Of a stretch of 64,000 nucleotides of DNA, positions 49,940 through 63,279 are shown in pieces; the first letter of the stretch is position 1; the number at the start of each line of letters is the position of its first letter. Source of the stretch: Squalus acanthias (Eukaryota). A program made the position numbers and the translations under genes. Under the pieces are notes generated by a model. The model did not search any database. It saw nothing but the letters and a program-made list of their open reading frames with translations, and had not been told where the DNA came from. The stretch covers positions 68,820,001 to 68,884,000 of the forward strand of contig CM059428.1 of the NCBI GenBank assembly GCA_030390025.1, read 5' to 3'.

Positions 49940-51950
49940 TCACTATATTGCAACGTTATGTTATGCAGAAATTTTAAACTATAATGCAGATTTCGTAAGT
50001 TCTGAAGCCTGAGTTTCTTCTATATTTCCGGATACGGCTATATGTCAAATGATGTCTTTTTTCTATGCTATTCTAACAGATTGTCAGAATGTAATTGCAA
50101 ACTGATTACAAGCACATGAAAAGACTTTGTGCAGCATTAAGATAGTGTTGCGCAGTAACAGATCATGCTGAAAGTGCAGCTGGGAAGCTTACACTTCAAT
50201 AGACAAAGTAGCAAAGAGCACAGTGATCACGGAGCATATATTTGAAATGCGACTGAATAATAATGTAGACCATTCCTGTCAGCATATCTTGAAATACATA
50301 TATATCAATTTCGTTACACGCCATTTGCTGTGGTTTGAAATCTATTATATGGCTGTAAAAGTTCCCCATTCCTTCTGTGCAGTTTATTAAAGGAAAGAGA
50401 AGCTCGTTTTATGTTCTTTCTAAATTCTGGTTTAGTATTGTGTTGTGACAAGAAGTGCACAGATTATATTGTATACATTGCGCTGGAGTTTGGAAAGAAC
50501 ATTAATGAATCCGAGCATCGTTGTTTTGTAATATATATCGTGAAATCATTATCATTACCGTGATGGCAAATGTGTGAATGATCTCGGAGTTTTTGAATCC
50601 AATACACTGCGGTTTAGTGCGGTGAGGAACCACCTGTTCTAGTTCCAAGAGGCAAAAACTATTAAGCTACGAAAAAGGAGTTGCGCGATTTTGACTTTCT
50701 GATGTATGAGGAAGCTTAGGTGACGTTATTTCAATATACCAGTCGCACTGTAACAAAAAGAACATCCTTTGGGTTCGACCGTCGCTTTCATTCAGTCCAA
50801 GACCAATATTGGGGAGGTTTTACAGACTCTTTCCATTGACAAAAATAATACATATGAAGCATATATGCCGCAGTTTGACCCAACGAGAAAATATTATGTG
50901 GGTCCCTTTATAAAAAAAAGACATGCATTCTCCCAACTGACTTCCTTTGTTGCCATTATAACATTTGACCAAGTTATTAATGATTTTATGAAAATTCTAA
51001 AAGTTACTATACAGTTAAGCACATTCAACGTGTATTTCACGATATGCCATTATTAACGCTATCCATCTAGCCATCTATCTATCTTTAAAAGTATTTAACT
51101 TTTGATGTACTGTAATATGCATTTCGTTCTCTCTGTTTGTGTGTGCACATAAAATAAAAATAATCACCTATTTACAGATCGCTCGTTTGTGTGTGTGTAC
51201 TTAGATATATGAGATCACATATTATTCCGTGAATTTTACTTTATGACTGTTCTAAATATCCTATTTACTGTGTCCATAGACGTGTTTTTAAATTACAACA
51301 ATATGAAGCCTAGAGATAAAATATACAGAAGAATTAGTTACATTAAGTTACTTTTCCTACCTCAAGTATACGTCACATTTAACATTTGAGTCTTACTGGA
51401 ATCCCTGGAGAATTTCAGGATAAACAAATGCACGTCCACATTTATTAAGGTATGTGAGTGCACGCATGTCTGTATAAATGTATGTATGCTATATGTGTGT
51501 GTGTGGCTGTGCGTACGTATTCATGCACGTAGTTTACATATGCATAGTTGTTTTATGTACGGATGGATATATAACAGGTCACGTCATTTCGCTTTCAGAT
51601 ACTCACAACTTCTAATCGGCTTTCCCTTGTTGCACGCAGCACAGTAGACTGAGGAACAAAGTGGAAGATAATCAATTTAAATCGTGTTATTGTACATTAA
51701 AAATAAAACACTAAAGTACAAATGGATTTCTAAACCCCGGGTCAAGTGGAATTAATCTGTCCACAAATGAGTTGATGGATTCAAAATGAATATACTCCAT
51801 CGACCTCAGTCCTTTTTTACAAGTGTCATTTGCGGTAGATGTTTTCATCCTATTTACAACCTACTGTATAAATAAATCCCAGTTTATAGCAGTTATTGCA
51901 CTTTTTGGCAGCTTGGCGGCACTCTTTTTAAATTCTTCTGTGGATTAACA

Positions 51951-51983
51951 CTGCCATCTCCTGGCTATAAAGGAAAACTGCAA
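51951..51983 (-). promoter_or_regulatory. CTCF motif with upstream module between HoxA7 and HoxA9 (C7|9 boundary equivalent)
   Basis: Minus strand TTGCAGTTTTCCTTTATAG-CCAGGAGATGGCAG: a core motif plus a TGCAG upstream motif, in the same orientation as the 5|6 site. Confidence 0.7.
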
Positions 51984-54098
51984 CGAGGAAAGTGCTGTCA
52001 GAGAATGCACAGAAAACCTTGTCTAAACTGCACAGAACCTAATACCTATATTTATTTTTTGACCATGTATTTTCTTATACATACTAAATTTAATTGCAAA
52101 CAGTGTTAAACTACGCTTCAAAATAACTAAAGATCTGTTATTTTTCCACTAGACGCAATAAATTAGTAAAGAGATATTTGAGGGGCCCATGTTAGAGACG
52201 AGACTAATAAAGGTCGTTATTTCCGCAGACCCTTTTGTCTAGGCATCCAGACAAAACAAATGGATGGCCTTCTCTGGAAAAATACTGATTGTAGCTGGAC
52301 AGTTGTAAACTCATTAAAACCCGAATTCCAGACGGCTTGCCACTGCCAGACCCTTCATTTTATTGCAAGTCTCCCCGTTTAGTCTTTGAAGTTCCATCTG
52401 CAACAACAGAGGGCGTCACAACATTATAACCCTCCAGACTGAACACGAAAAAATAAAAAGATAGTTCAATTTAGCAACTGTTTTAATATTATAATAAAAA
52501 ACTATTTTAATAATTGTACTCCTATTCGAGTGTTTGCTGCCAGATACTGAAGAATACTCCAAATGTAAGATCGTCAGTATCGTGTTTATGTACTTCGCCC
52601 CTTAACCTCCAGCGTTTTACACCCCATAAATGCTTACAGCAGTCATTTTCTTTTATTGCGGTACACCACTCTGAATTTTACTAACGACAGCCACTGCCAA
52701 GACTTGCAACTACTCCGGCCTCTCTGTCTAGTTTCCAAATCACTTGAATCCCACTAAATCTATCCAAACTGTCTTCGGGGTCTTAAAAAGTTACTAGGGA
52801 TCTTACAGTTGAAAAAGAATAATGTGCCAAGCCGTGCACATTTTTTTGTTAGCGGTAAGACGCCTTACACTAATTTAACTTTCTTTGCTTCCGAAGGATC
52901 CGACTCTTTTGTGTTGCTTGGTTAAAGAAATGGCGGCAGGGATTGGTGCCAGTGCGAAATTTTTAAATTATTTACCTCTTTATAATATGATGAAATCCCA
53001 ACAACTTTGGAGCTCTTTACACGGACAAGCAGCTCAAGATCATTCATTTCCACTTTCAGCAGAAGTACTGTATTACTTGAATAAGTAACCCACAACAAAT
53101 CATATAAATAACTAGCGGCGTTGGCGCATGGCCAGGCGACAGATAGAAGTTGTTAGTGCACAGTTTTGCACGTTCTCGAGTTAGTTGGTGATAACTGGGC
53201 GTTAAGCTCAAATATATTCAGAATCTTTGTCATCAGATCCGCTGCCAAGACAACATTGTTACATCGCAGTTTACATTTTCTTCTCTTTTTCAGAAACCCC
53301 AACCTCAGTCTAATTTTAGTTGCCCACTAAATATGGTGTCATATCAGCTAAAGTGATAGCATTCGTTGCAATGTTTAGTTGAGGAAAATCCAAACTTTGA
53401 GTTACATTTTGAATATCAGAATTTTGGGGAAAATCCAATAGCTGTCGTTAAATAAATCGCTACATTTTGCAAAACTGTAAGTATTGATATTAGTGACGAA
53501 ATGTTTAAATATTAGTAAAGAAATTGGATTATTTTTATGAAAGTGATGCACTTTATTCCGTTTATTTCATTAACTCGCTGCTGTTCGCCTGAAAGTTTAC
53601 GTTTTGATTCGCATATTTGAAAAGTTATATATCTCTAAAGGGAATTGTAGTTTTTATTTTGAAAATGTTGCAGTTGGTATGGCGAGTTTTGAAAATTCTG
53701 AAATGGTAGTAGAATAAATAAAATAAAATCGTGGACAGAGTTCCAGGCGAGATCTTTGCATACATTGAGCTCCATAAAGAGAAAGTATATTGTATATGTA
53801 GTGAAACATATATTTTATTAGACAACAAATAAAATGACATTTCATTACAAACAGTATAGTTTGGTCAATATGACACGAGGTATTCATTTCAAACGTGTAC
53901 ACAAGTGTAAATGTGTTAACTCTATAGGTCTAACGACAACCCCCATTTAAAACACATTAGTGGTATGTTCTTTCTATTGCACCCAGATATTTTCCTTGTA
54001 TTGTACACATTACATTTATTGACAATATTGTTTGCTTATTTATTCCACCGCATAAATGCGTCAAAACAATATTACGGGTGACATTTACACACAAAACA

Positions 54099-54722
54099 TA
54101 GGTAGTTACTAGTTATACATATAGGTAGTTTTAAACCAAATCTTATACTTTTCTTTGCACCACAACACCGATAAATACAAAGTGTCTGAGAACGTCATTC
54201 GTGCTTTTATCACAACAGACAAGAGTATCGTGTAGCATTATGCTTAGCGCTGCTCTTTGAAATAAAACTTATATTAGCATTCTATGCAATTCAGTTTCAT
54301 ACAATTTCTGAAGAACAACACAATCGTCATGCACCCCGGGCAAGGCCGTTACTCAGTCTCACAAAGACAGCATAAAGCCCGGAGTTTCTACAAGTTAATT
54401 CACAGTGAAAATAATACAATATATGTTCCAAGTTCACCACGAAAATAACATTTCATATGCACTACACAGCCTGTTATCTTTATATTAAACATCCTGAGTT
54501 AAATTGAGATTTTTCTTTTGTTTGTTTACACGATCTTTACTCAGACACCGCCCAAGCACAGAGGCCCAGTCACAGAGATAATCACCACAACAGACACCGA
54601 TTCAAGTATATAGGCAGCCTCGTTTGCTGCATGTAAAACAAGTAAATATTAAACTAATACAGTATTACTGAATTACTGTCCACACAGAGTAGCGGTGGAT
54701 TAAGAGAAGGTAGTTTTCATGT
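54099..54722 (-). promoter_or_regulatory. miR-196 target sites in the HoxA9 3' UTR
   Basis: 8mers TAGGTAGT at 54099 and 54122, and a 7mer with extended match AGGTAGTTT(T)CATGT at 54708-54722. Candidate AATAAA at 53814-53819. Confidence 0.8.
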
Positions 54723-54962
54723 AAAGTAAGGTAGATTCCGTAGCCACAGACTTAACCTTGCCGTAAATGTCTCCCTCTTTGGTTCCCAACTAACAAGAGT
54801 ATCAGTCTTTTTTTCCCACCATATGTAGTCCAGAACTGGCATAGGAATATTTTGTGCTAATGACATGACAAAATGTTCACATAGTCTTTCTGAAGCAGGG
54901 CCTATTTCGATAGTAATTGTGAATTTAGTCCTTTTCTTTCCTCAAAAATATTCTCCTTCGTG

Positions 54963-55204
54963 TCACCGGTCGTCTTTAGGTCGTTCCTTGTTGATTTTTT
55001 TCATCTTCATCCTTCTATTCTGAAACCAGATTTTAACTTGCCGTTCGGTAAGGTTAAGGACCCTGGCGACCTCATATCTGCGGTCTCTTGTGAGGTACAT
55101 ATTAAACAAGAATTCTTTTTCCAGCTCCAACGTCTGATGTTTGGTGTAAGGGCAGCGTTTTTTTCTGGTCGACCTTGCATGCAGCCAGTTGGCGGAAGGG
55201 TTAT
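54963..55204 (-). CDS. HOXA9: HoxA9 homeobox exon
   Basis: Acceptor tttcag at 55206-55205. Reads (N)[79 protein letters not shown]. Translated by hand, since this frame is absent from the ORF track. Confidence 0.97.
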
Positions 55205-55877
55205 CTGAAAGTATAAAGGAAACACATTTAATATATTTCCCTTATCATGTTAGTCTAATATTGTAACATTCTCAGAATCAAAACACCTTAACAGATAAAA
55301 GAGGGCGAGGGAGCAGTGGATTAAAGAGGCTGGTTGCTACACTTTTATCTGTGTTTGCACAGTGCATTAAACTCTGATACGAATCGTTTTGTCCAATGAA
55401 CAAACTCTATGAATAAAGTTCAAAAACGAGTTAGAAAACTGTAATATTGTGACGATCTGTTAATCAGACATATTAATAATCCAAAGCAAAATGTTGCCTG
55501 CTTGTGTTGTATATTATGCGCATTTTATTTGTTTATCCAGTAGTCTGGTTGGCTTGGACCAGATGCACTTGAATTACAGAGTCAGTAATTACTCAATATC
55601 TCCCCCTTTTTCTTCTATAATGAATGGATATTAGTTCAGTATATACACGATTTTTGTCCATAGCAGTGCCTAAATTATACAGCATAAACCTTGAACAAAT
55701 GTCTCAAATCTATTTTTAGCTGTGTAATATAAATAAAATTAACGCTAACCTGTAAACAGATCTGTGGATTTTTATTTCGCGCGATGTAATGAAGAAAAAG
55801 GCGGGAATATAAAATAGTTCGAGTTTATAAACCTCAGCTAGAAAAGTAATATAAAAATTCGGGGTTTCCACACTTAC

Positions 55878-56418
55878 TTGGATCCATGTGTAGCTTATCT
55901 GCGTTTGTCTCAAGCTCTCCATTATTTTCAGAAAAGGAAACCTCGTTCATACGTTTGTCGCCAGGAGAAGTTCCACAAGTATATTCTGAGAGGGCTAACG
56001 TGTGTGTTTCAAACGTGGTGCAGTCACTCCTGCGGGCAGCTACAGGCTCAGGTTTGATGCCGTAGTGTCTACTGGAAGGTAACCCGGGGAAGGACAGGGT
56101 CCCCGGCATGGGATCTAGCCAGGAGCGCATGTACCTACCATCAGGCGCTGCGGCAATGGGAGCCTGGTGCATGTATGGGTGATAAACAGTGGGCATATTG
56201 GCAGAGCTCTGAGCATGAACCGGGCTCCAGGAGGTGCTGAACACTGTGGCTTTAGACTGGAAGTTGCATGGGGAGAAGTCGGGGTGCTCAGCAAGGGCTG
56301 CCTGCCTGGAAGACTGAGCCAGTGGACCCGACGCATATCGAGACGACAGCAGATCCTCGTTCTCGTGCATTATAAGGGAGTCGACATAATAATTGCTGAT
56401 AGTCCCTGATGTCGACAT
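55878..56418 (-). CDS. HOXA9: HoxA9 exon 1
   Basis: ATG at 56418 gives MSTSGTISNYYVDSLI...DGRYMRSWL...HYGIKPEP; donor CCAA|gtaagt at 55877. Joined CDS is 783 nt (260 aa). Confidence 0.97.
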
Positions 56419-59400
56419 TCTCGGCAATGACACAGCAGCGCCTCTGAAAATATGAAAGAGCAGATTTCAATGTAACAACTTATCGCCGGGACAAGTACAG
56501 TCTGCTAATATGGTGCAGACGCACTTGCACGCCATTGGATAATTTACTCACGTGATTCAAAAACAACAATAAAATATAAATCAATCCGCAGCTTGTAACA
56601 GGGTCAATCTTTTATAGTCATAATTTTATATAGCAACTCCATATGTTTTTTAGGCAAAAGGATATAATCACCTCTATATATGGAAGCTGATTTCTTTGTT
56701 GCCAGCTGAGATGTGAAAAAATATTCCGTTGCCGTTCTTTTTTTTCGGGGACTATTTTATATCATAATCAATCTTCCCATCAGATGCTCGTTTTTTTTAA
56801 CGAACACCTTATAATCGTTAACCTTCACATAAAAGATTATGGAAAGAGTGAAACTATAAACTGCAGAAAAAAACAACGAAGAAAGAGATTGGACAGGTAT
56901 TTATTATTCATGCTTAGTAAAACTAAAATTATAAGCGCATTCTTAACAAATAAAAATCGTTAACGAAGTTTTAAAGGGTACCTCTGAGAAGTGGCGTGTG
57001 TACCTGCAGTTGCTAAAGATCTTTCATTTTTAAAATGAGGCGCACATAAAACACACTGTGACAATCTCCGTTTTACAACAGTTTGAGCAATAAAACTACA
57101 TGTTAGCAAACTATAGCCATTCCAAAAAGGCTCTTTACCTACAATAAACCATAATTAATTACAACTTCCGCATTCAACGTGCTAGTTTGGTTTACAGATG
57201 CAGAAATACGGATAAAATGAATTTGTTCGGGAATCGAGGAGTTCCACCATATCTCTTCAGATTCGTGGACTTTTTGTTTCATTCAGTCAGTGGCGGATTC
57301 TGTGGAGACTAAATCGGAAAGCTTCCCCGCACAGACGGTATTCGGAAACCCAATCTGTTATATGGTTAAGATACGTTCCTTTCAATAGCAAATAAAAGCA
57401 AACGATTAGATATATAAACAGATATAAAGCATAAGGGTCGTATTTCTATAAGGTTAGAGGGTGTCCTTATTACAGTGTTATCGACATATTAAACATTGTA
57501 TGTGCAACTAAATACTGTGCCTCAAAAACTTAGTAGGCCTCTATCTCCCCCTCTCTCACACACAGTGTCGATGTTAATATATGTGTATAGCGATGAACAG
57601 TTTGGCTTAGTTACATTAAAACCAACACATAGAATGTAAGTCAGAAGGCGAGTATCCCGGTTTGATCTAGTTTTAAAGTAAATGAACTTGCAATACCTTT
57701 TTATAAAATGGATAAAACCCCAGAAACAATCCATAACGTCCGTCAGTGATTTTCTAGTTGTTGCCATTTTTCTCTTAGAATAATTTATCATTGCTATTTT
57801 AACATGTAATGTTTTATTATACGTGTAAGGTTCAGCCGTCAGTGCGTTTGTTTATAAAGATCCAGTGCACAGGTTTCACAGAGCAACAATGTTGCAATAA
57901 TGTTGCATTGTGCTATCTTTCATTGGGCTACTCTTTTAAAACATATTTGATGTATGCAGTATCTCAAAATCTGAAAGAGAATTGACAATAGTCATTCTAA
58001 TCAAATGAAACTTACCCCAGTTTATAAAACGCTTGGAACTTTAAAGGCAAGCAATAATATGATTTGGTAGCTGGTAGGCGTGTAGGTTTGCAACTGAGCC
58101 GTGTTGTTTTAATGCCAATTTATATTTCTTTGTGGTTTTTTAATAATCGATATATGGAGGTATTTTGTTTATTCCTGCTACAGAAAAAAACCTTCGGTGC
58201 ATCTCGACGTTAGCAACAGCGTATAATTGCAACGCCTATCTCCAAAATTATCGTAGAGTACTTGAGCTGTTGCGTGGATCAAATAACAGAGAAATAACCA
58301 TTAAACAAAGACAATTATCAGATCCCACATTAAACCAACATGCTGTCGCCGTCGCGTTGAATCGCTTGCTCCCCCCACCATCCGCTGCCTATATAAGTCC
58401 AGTTTAAAACCTTACAGATAACTGAAATGCAACTTCCTTTTTTCGGTGTTTGGGTTCTCTTTACCCGAATCTTTCTTTATAGGTCTGTGCATTCCCCATT
58501 GTTTTTTTTGAGGGGGGGGGGGGGGGGGGGGGGTTGATTCAGCCTGTCGCCTGCGCGCCAGCATTGAGTATCTGGTCAGCGGAGTGTTACAGCGACACTG
58601 GCGGAGTGCTGAGGTCTGGAGCAGAATCGAGAACCATTCAAGTCCAGTGTTGAGCCTCAGCAAAAAAACGTTTTGTGTTTCCTGTGCAGATGGCCTGAAA
58701 TTAGGATTCAAATGTTGATTCTATATTTACAAAGTGAAGCCATGGTGCTTTGAAACTGCACTTCGCTTAAAAGAGCCGTTCGTCTAATTGAAATTCAGGT
58801 TTTGTTTTGCCAAGAAAATATATAAAAACAAACAACCATTAAAAAGCCTGGAAGAATTTAACTACAACCTTGGAATGTGTCGCGTCTTGCTGTGATACCT
58901 AAAGATTTATAGTTTTGTACGAAATGCTTGATTTTAAATGATATAGTTGAATTCGTTACAAATAACATACTGAATTCTCAATGTCAAATGGATCACGTTT
59001 TCCCCCAAAAAGGACAGTTACGAATTTTGGTGACTTGTCCGGTTTACTTTTTCAGTTTAGACTTTTGTTTGAACGTTTCACACAGGAAGCTCGTGTGTTA
59101 TTTACAAGTTGCATCTTTCAGGCTAGGAAATGAAAAATTAAACAGAAAAATCCTTTGCGTGCGTGGATGCAATTCACCAAAGGTCTCAAAAGAAATTATT
59201 ATTATCATACAAAATCGGTGCAGATGATTCAGCAACATACAGAAATACAATAATGTACCCATTCCAATTTTAAGACGCATATTTGGGTAGCGGAATTTTC
59301 TCCTGTTTTCATTGTATGGCAAGGGGAGTGGAACGAGGATAAAGCGAAACTGCTTTTTGTGTGCTGTTTTGAGTTGGTCTTTTTTTTAACTTGGGAATTA

Positions 59401-62126
59401 TGTTTGTTACAAATAACTAACAAAATATTTTATTAATTCGTGCAACTTTTACAGCAGTTGAGTGTACCGTCAAAAGTACAGTACTCGCATTCACTCACAA
59501 ATCGTGCTTAATTGCGGAATTTACCAAGCCAGTAGGCGATTCATTGAATACACCTTGTAGCCAGAAACACTTGGCAAAAAATGTTACATATAAAAGTTTA
59601 AAAATTTTACAATACTGAGATAAAACTGGGTGATAAAAGTTTCAAGGCAGAAAAAAACCCCTCGGGCTGTGACATTTTTGGCTTTCTAATTGTATCATTT
59701 AGAATTAACTACAAATACTGACGCCTTTATTCCCGTTCAGATAACATCTGTGTGAAGTTGCAAAGCCAATTTGTGGGCATGCAGAGTGCAAGGACGACAG
59801 CGTGTTCGAAGTGCTTTCATCGTTTGCGATTCTAATTGCCGTATATTGTATAATTTGGCAAAGATTTAAAAGATATATATAAAACGTAAAATAAGACTAA
59901 CCAAATCCTCGAGACGTCTGCACGAGAGGCTTCAAAACTGGCCGCGCCGGTTCCCTGGCCGCACTCAAAGGTTTAGTTTCAGAAAAGTAATGACTGAATA
60001 TAATCTCAAACACCAAACGTTATATTGGAGTGTTGCTTGTTTACGAAAGATTGAAGCACTTTTTAGTTTATCCGCACCAGTCCGAAATTTAATGCTCCAT
60101 TTAAAACTGTGCAGATAGACCGCATGCTCCGCATTTTAAAAGCCAACCTATAATTTAACATTAAAGAAGGGAACTACAAAACTACTGGGCTTCTGTTTTT
60201 TTTTAAAGTCTATAAATCATACAAGCCTTGGGAGAAGATTGCGAGCAACGCGCAAATAATGAAATTCGAGGTGTAAACAGAATGATTTTGAAGCATTTTT
60301 TTTACCATTAGATTTGTCAAAACAAGATAAGGAGGAAATGCATGCACCTCGCATAGTCGAAGCACAGTTGAATTGAGAAAGATTATTCTTTTAATAATAT
60401 TGCCGAAATAAAATCCTTTGCGCAATTTACTCAGAAACGTAATAATTAAAGAAATATTCCCGATTTTTTGCCAAAGTATTTTATGTCAAAACTCAGCAAA
60501 TTGAAGGAAAGGTCATTAGCTAAAAGGCTGAGTAGGGCTGCATTTTAACAGGGCCTGGCTGTTACCAGAAGTGATGTTTTGAACAACACAAACTTGACTG
60601 CCCCTTTTCTTTGTGGATATTTAAACCATGCCGAAGATAGTTTTCAGGTGGTACAATCGGATTGAGGTAGAATCGCCCTTCGATTGTGTAACAGCGCACA
60701 TTTTTCCGGAAGATACTCTTTTGTATTTCACTGAAGAAAAAAAATCAAGATAAATGTTTCTAACTCGCGCAAAATGTCCTTCTACGACACGCCGTACATT
60801 TATATACCTAATAAAGAGGATGATGGAATTTAATATTGTAAATGAGACTTTATAAATTTTATTTACGTCAAATATTTGTAGGTTACTTACAAAGGTAATT
60901 TAAAACCGATTATATGAACATATGGAAAACTGTATGTAAGTACAATCACTATTACAAGTGCTTTGCATTCTCTTAGTTAATCTGATGTGATCATTTTACC
61001 ATGGAAAGGTTATCATATATATATATATATATGTATGTTATATGAAATTAATTTAGTTCTTCATTCATAAGACAGCATAAAAGCTATCCCGTTGCAATGC
61101 CTATGTTGTACAATCTCATTGAGTCCTGGATTTAAATGGTTTAATTCCAATCGGACTCTCAATTTGAATAACTGGACCAACAAACTAAAGTGCCATGGTG
61201 TTTGTTTACTTGCTATGCTTAGATTAAAGCTTCTGTTTGTCTCGTCTAAATAGCCAATATAATGGAACAAGTCTGCTTTCTGTGTTTAGTCTAGTTTCCT
61301 GCAGAGGCAGGAGCCACCGACCGAGCAGCGCTTCCACTACACTCCGCCGAGGTCGCTGTTTCCAAGAACAAAACAAATTTACGCGCCCAGGCGCCATGTA
61401 ATGATCATAACCGAGGCCTTGTGCCTTTCAAGTAATTTCTTTGTCTTGCACATGGTAGAATACATATGCTTAAAACGCGTATCCTAAATCACTTGGCGCA
61501 GTCCCTTTTTATTTCCGATTTTCACCGGGAATTATAAGATCAGCTATGTGCAGCATGCACTAAAGAAATATGTGCCGTTTAGGCGATGTTAACATGATGA
61601 TGAAATATTTATCACTAACAAAGACAAAATCTGCAATGCATCGATTACGCCGCTGTGCAGATGAAATTGCAGTCATCTGCAGTAGGATAGTGCCGACCAA
61701 CATCAGTGTTTTCAAGTAATAATTCAACAGCACATATATACTGAGAGGAAATCTAAAATTTGTCATATTTAATTTAAACGTGAACTTGATTCTTCTTAGG
61801 AAAAATAAACAAATCTAATGTAAAACATTACATTTAGGAAATCCCAATTGACAACAACGTTAGGAAAGCATGGCCCCGTGCTAGCTTGCAAAGTATAGAA
61901 GACACTCTGCTCTTTAAAAATTATTTTACAAAGTTGCATTAATTTTGGAAAAAAACTTGTCTAAGAAACAGTTGCCATTTCTTTTTATAAAACATTGTTA
62001 TTCCTGTCACAAAACGTGCCACTTTACTGTTGGCCATATCAAACCAAAACCCTTTACTTATTCGTGGTTATTGAGTAACTGCGGTTTCTTTCCAAACCAG
62101 CGACAGAACTCACTGGCGAAGACGAT

Positions 62127-62210
62127 AACTGCAGTAATTCAGGCAGTTTCGTGTTGTAGAGATAGACTTGAGCCCCAACAACATGAAACTACCTAAATCA
62201 CACATCAGTT
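62127..62210 (-). ncRNA. MIR196: miR-196 precursor hairpin at the HoxA (miR-196b-orthologous) locus
   Basis: Mature TAGGTAGTTTCATGTTGTTGGG at 62195-62174 pairs with 3' arm CTACAACACGAAACTGCCTGA; it lies between HoxA9 and HoxA10. Confidence 0.97.
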
Positions 62211-63279
62211 CTATCTCAGTTCTTTAGATTCCTATCACTGTACACACATAGGGATAATCTAAATGCACATTCAACAAACTTACTCAAATAAAAAAGGTAC
62301 AATCATTACGCTTCTCGTCACGACCTCGCATGCAGTTTACCAAAAGCGAAAGGCACTCTTTTAACGTGCAATATTGTGAATCCCTGAAATAATTTCCCAA
62401 ATAATTCAGCGTTTTGCGTTCCAGGCCGAATTTCTATTCAAATGAATAGATTGAATTGCAAATTCAGCACGAGAATAATTGTTAGTTCCCCACTAAATAT
62501 GGCGGGTTCTTCATTATCTCTGTGCAGGATTTCACGCGATCTGAATGCATGTCATTCATTCCAGTAATGATAAGCCATAGCAACTTGTCTGCACTGCAAT
62601 AATCACGAGTTCAAGGTTTGTCCGAAGAAAAGAACTAATCAGATGACATAGTCTATAGAGATGTATTTTCTTTTTCTCCTCTTCCCCCAAAAAATAGACG
62701 ATACAGTAACTTTAACTTTTATTTTCTAACAGCACTGTTTGCATTTTAAAATATACTAAAATACAAGCTTGTTAGAAATAACCTCTTACCTATTAGTTTA
62801 AAATATAGGATAATAGGCCTTAACATTCGTTCTTCTTACAGACCTCACCTTCATCGTAAATATCTCCAGAGGTTTTATCTGCTGGCTTTTTTCAAATCCT
62901 CAAACTCTTCTGAATTTTGCCGATTAAAAGATCTGGAGTGTACTGTGCTCACAGAAAATCAATTCCCTACATCCGAGCGGTGCTCTGCTTCCTCTGTCTT
63001 CGTGGCTGTTCGCTCAACTGAAACCACTCGTCCAAGACAGCAACAACCCAGATATACTAGCAAGTCATAAAACTCAACAAAAGCCGACAAACGTTACAGC
63101 ACCATTGCTATATAGCCCAGACAAATTACGACCGTCTAGGTAATATTTAAATAGATTGCAACGGTAATTGCCAGTCTTTAAACCCACCATTCCTGCTGTA
63201 AACGTCCTCAACAGATAAGGTAAGAAAAAAACCCGAACACAAATTGAAGTAAAAACAATATACATATACCTATCTCAAA

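Noticed and set aside
56467-56535. ATG-initiated Cys-rich 22-codon ORF upstream of HoxA9
   Set aside because: The ATG is part of the CCAAT box (CCAATG) and probably lies upstream of the proximal TSS.
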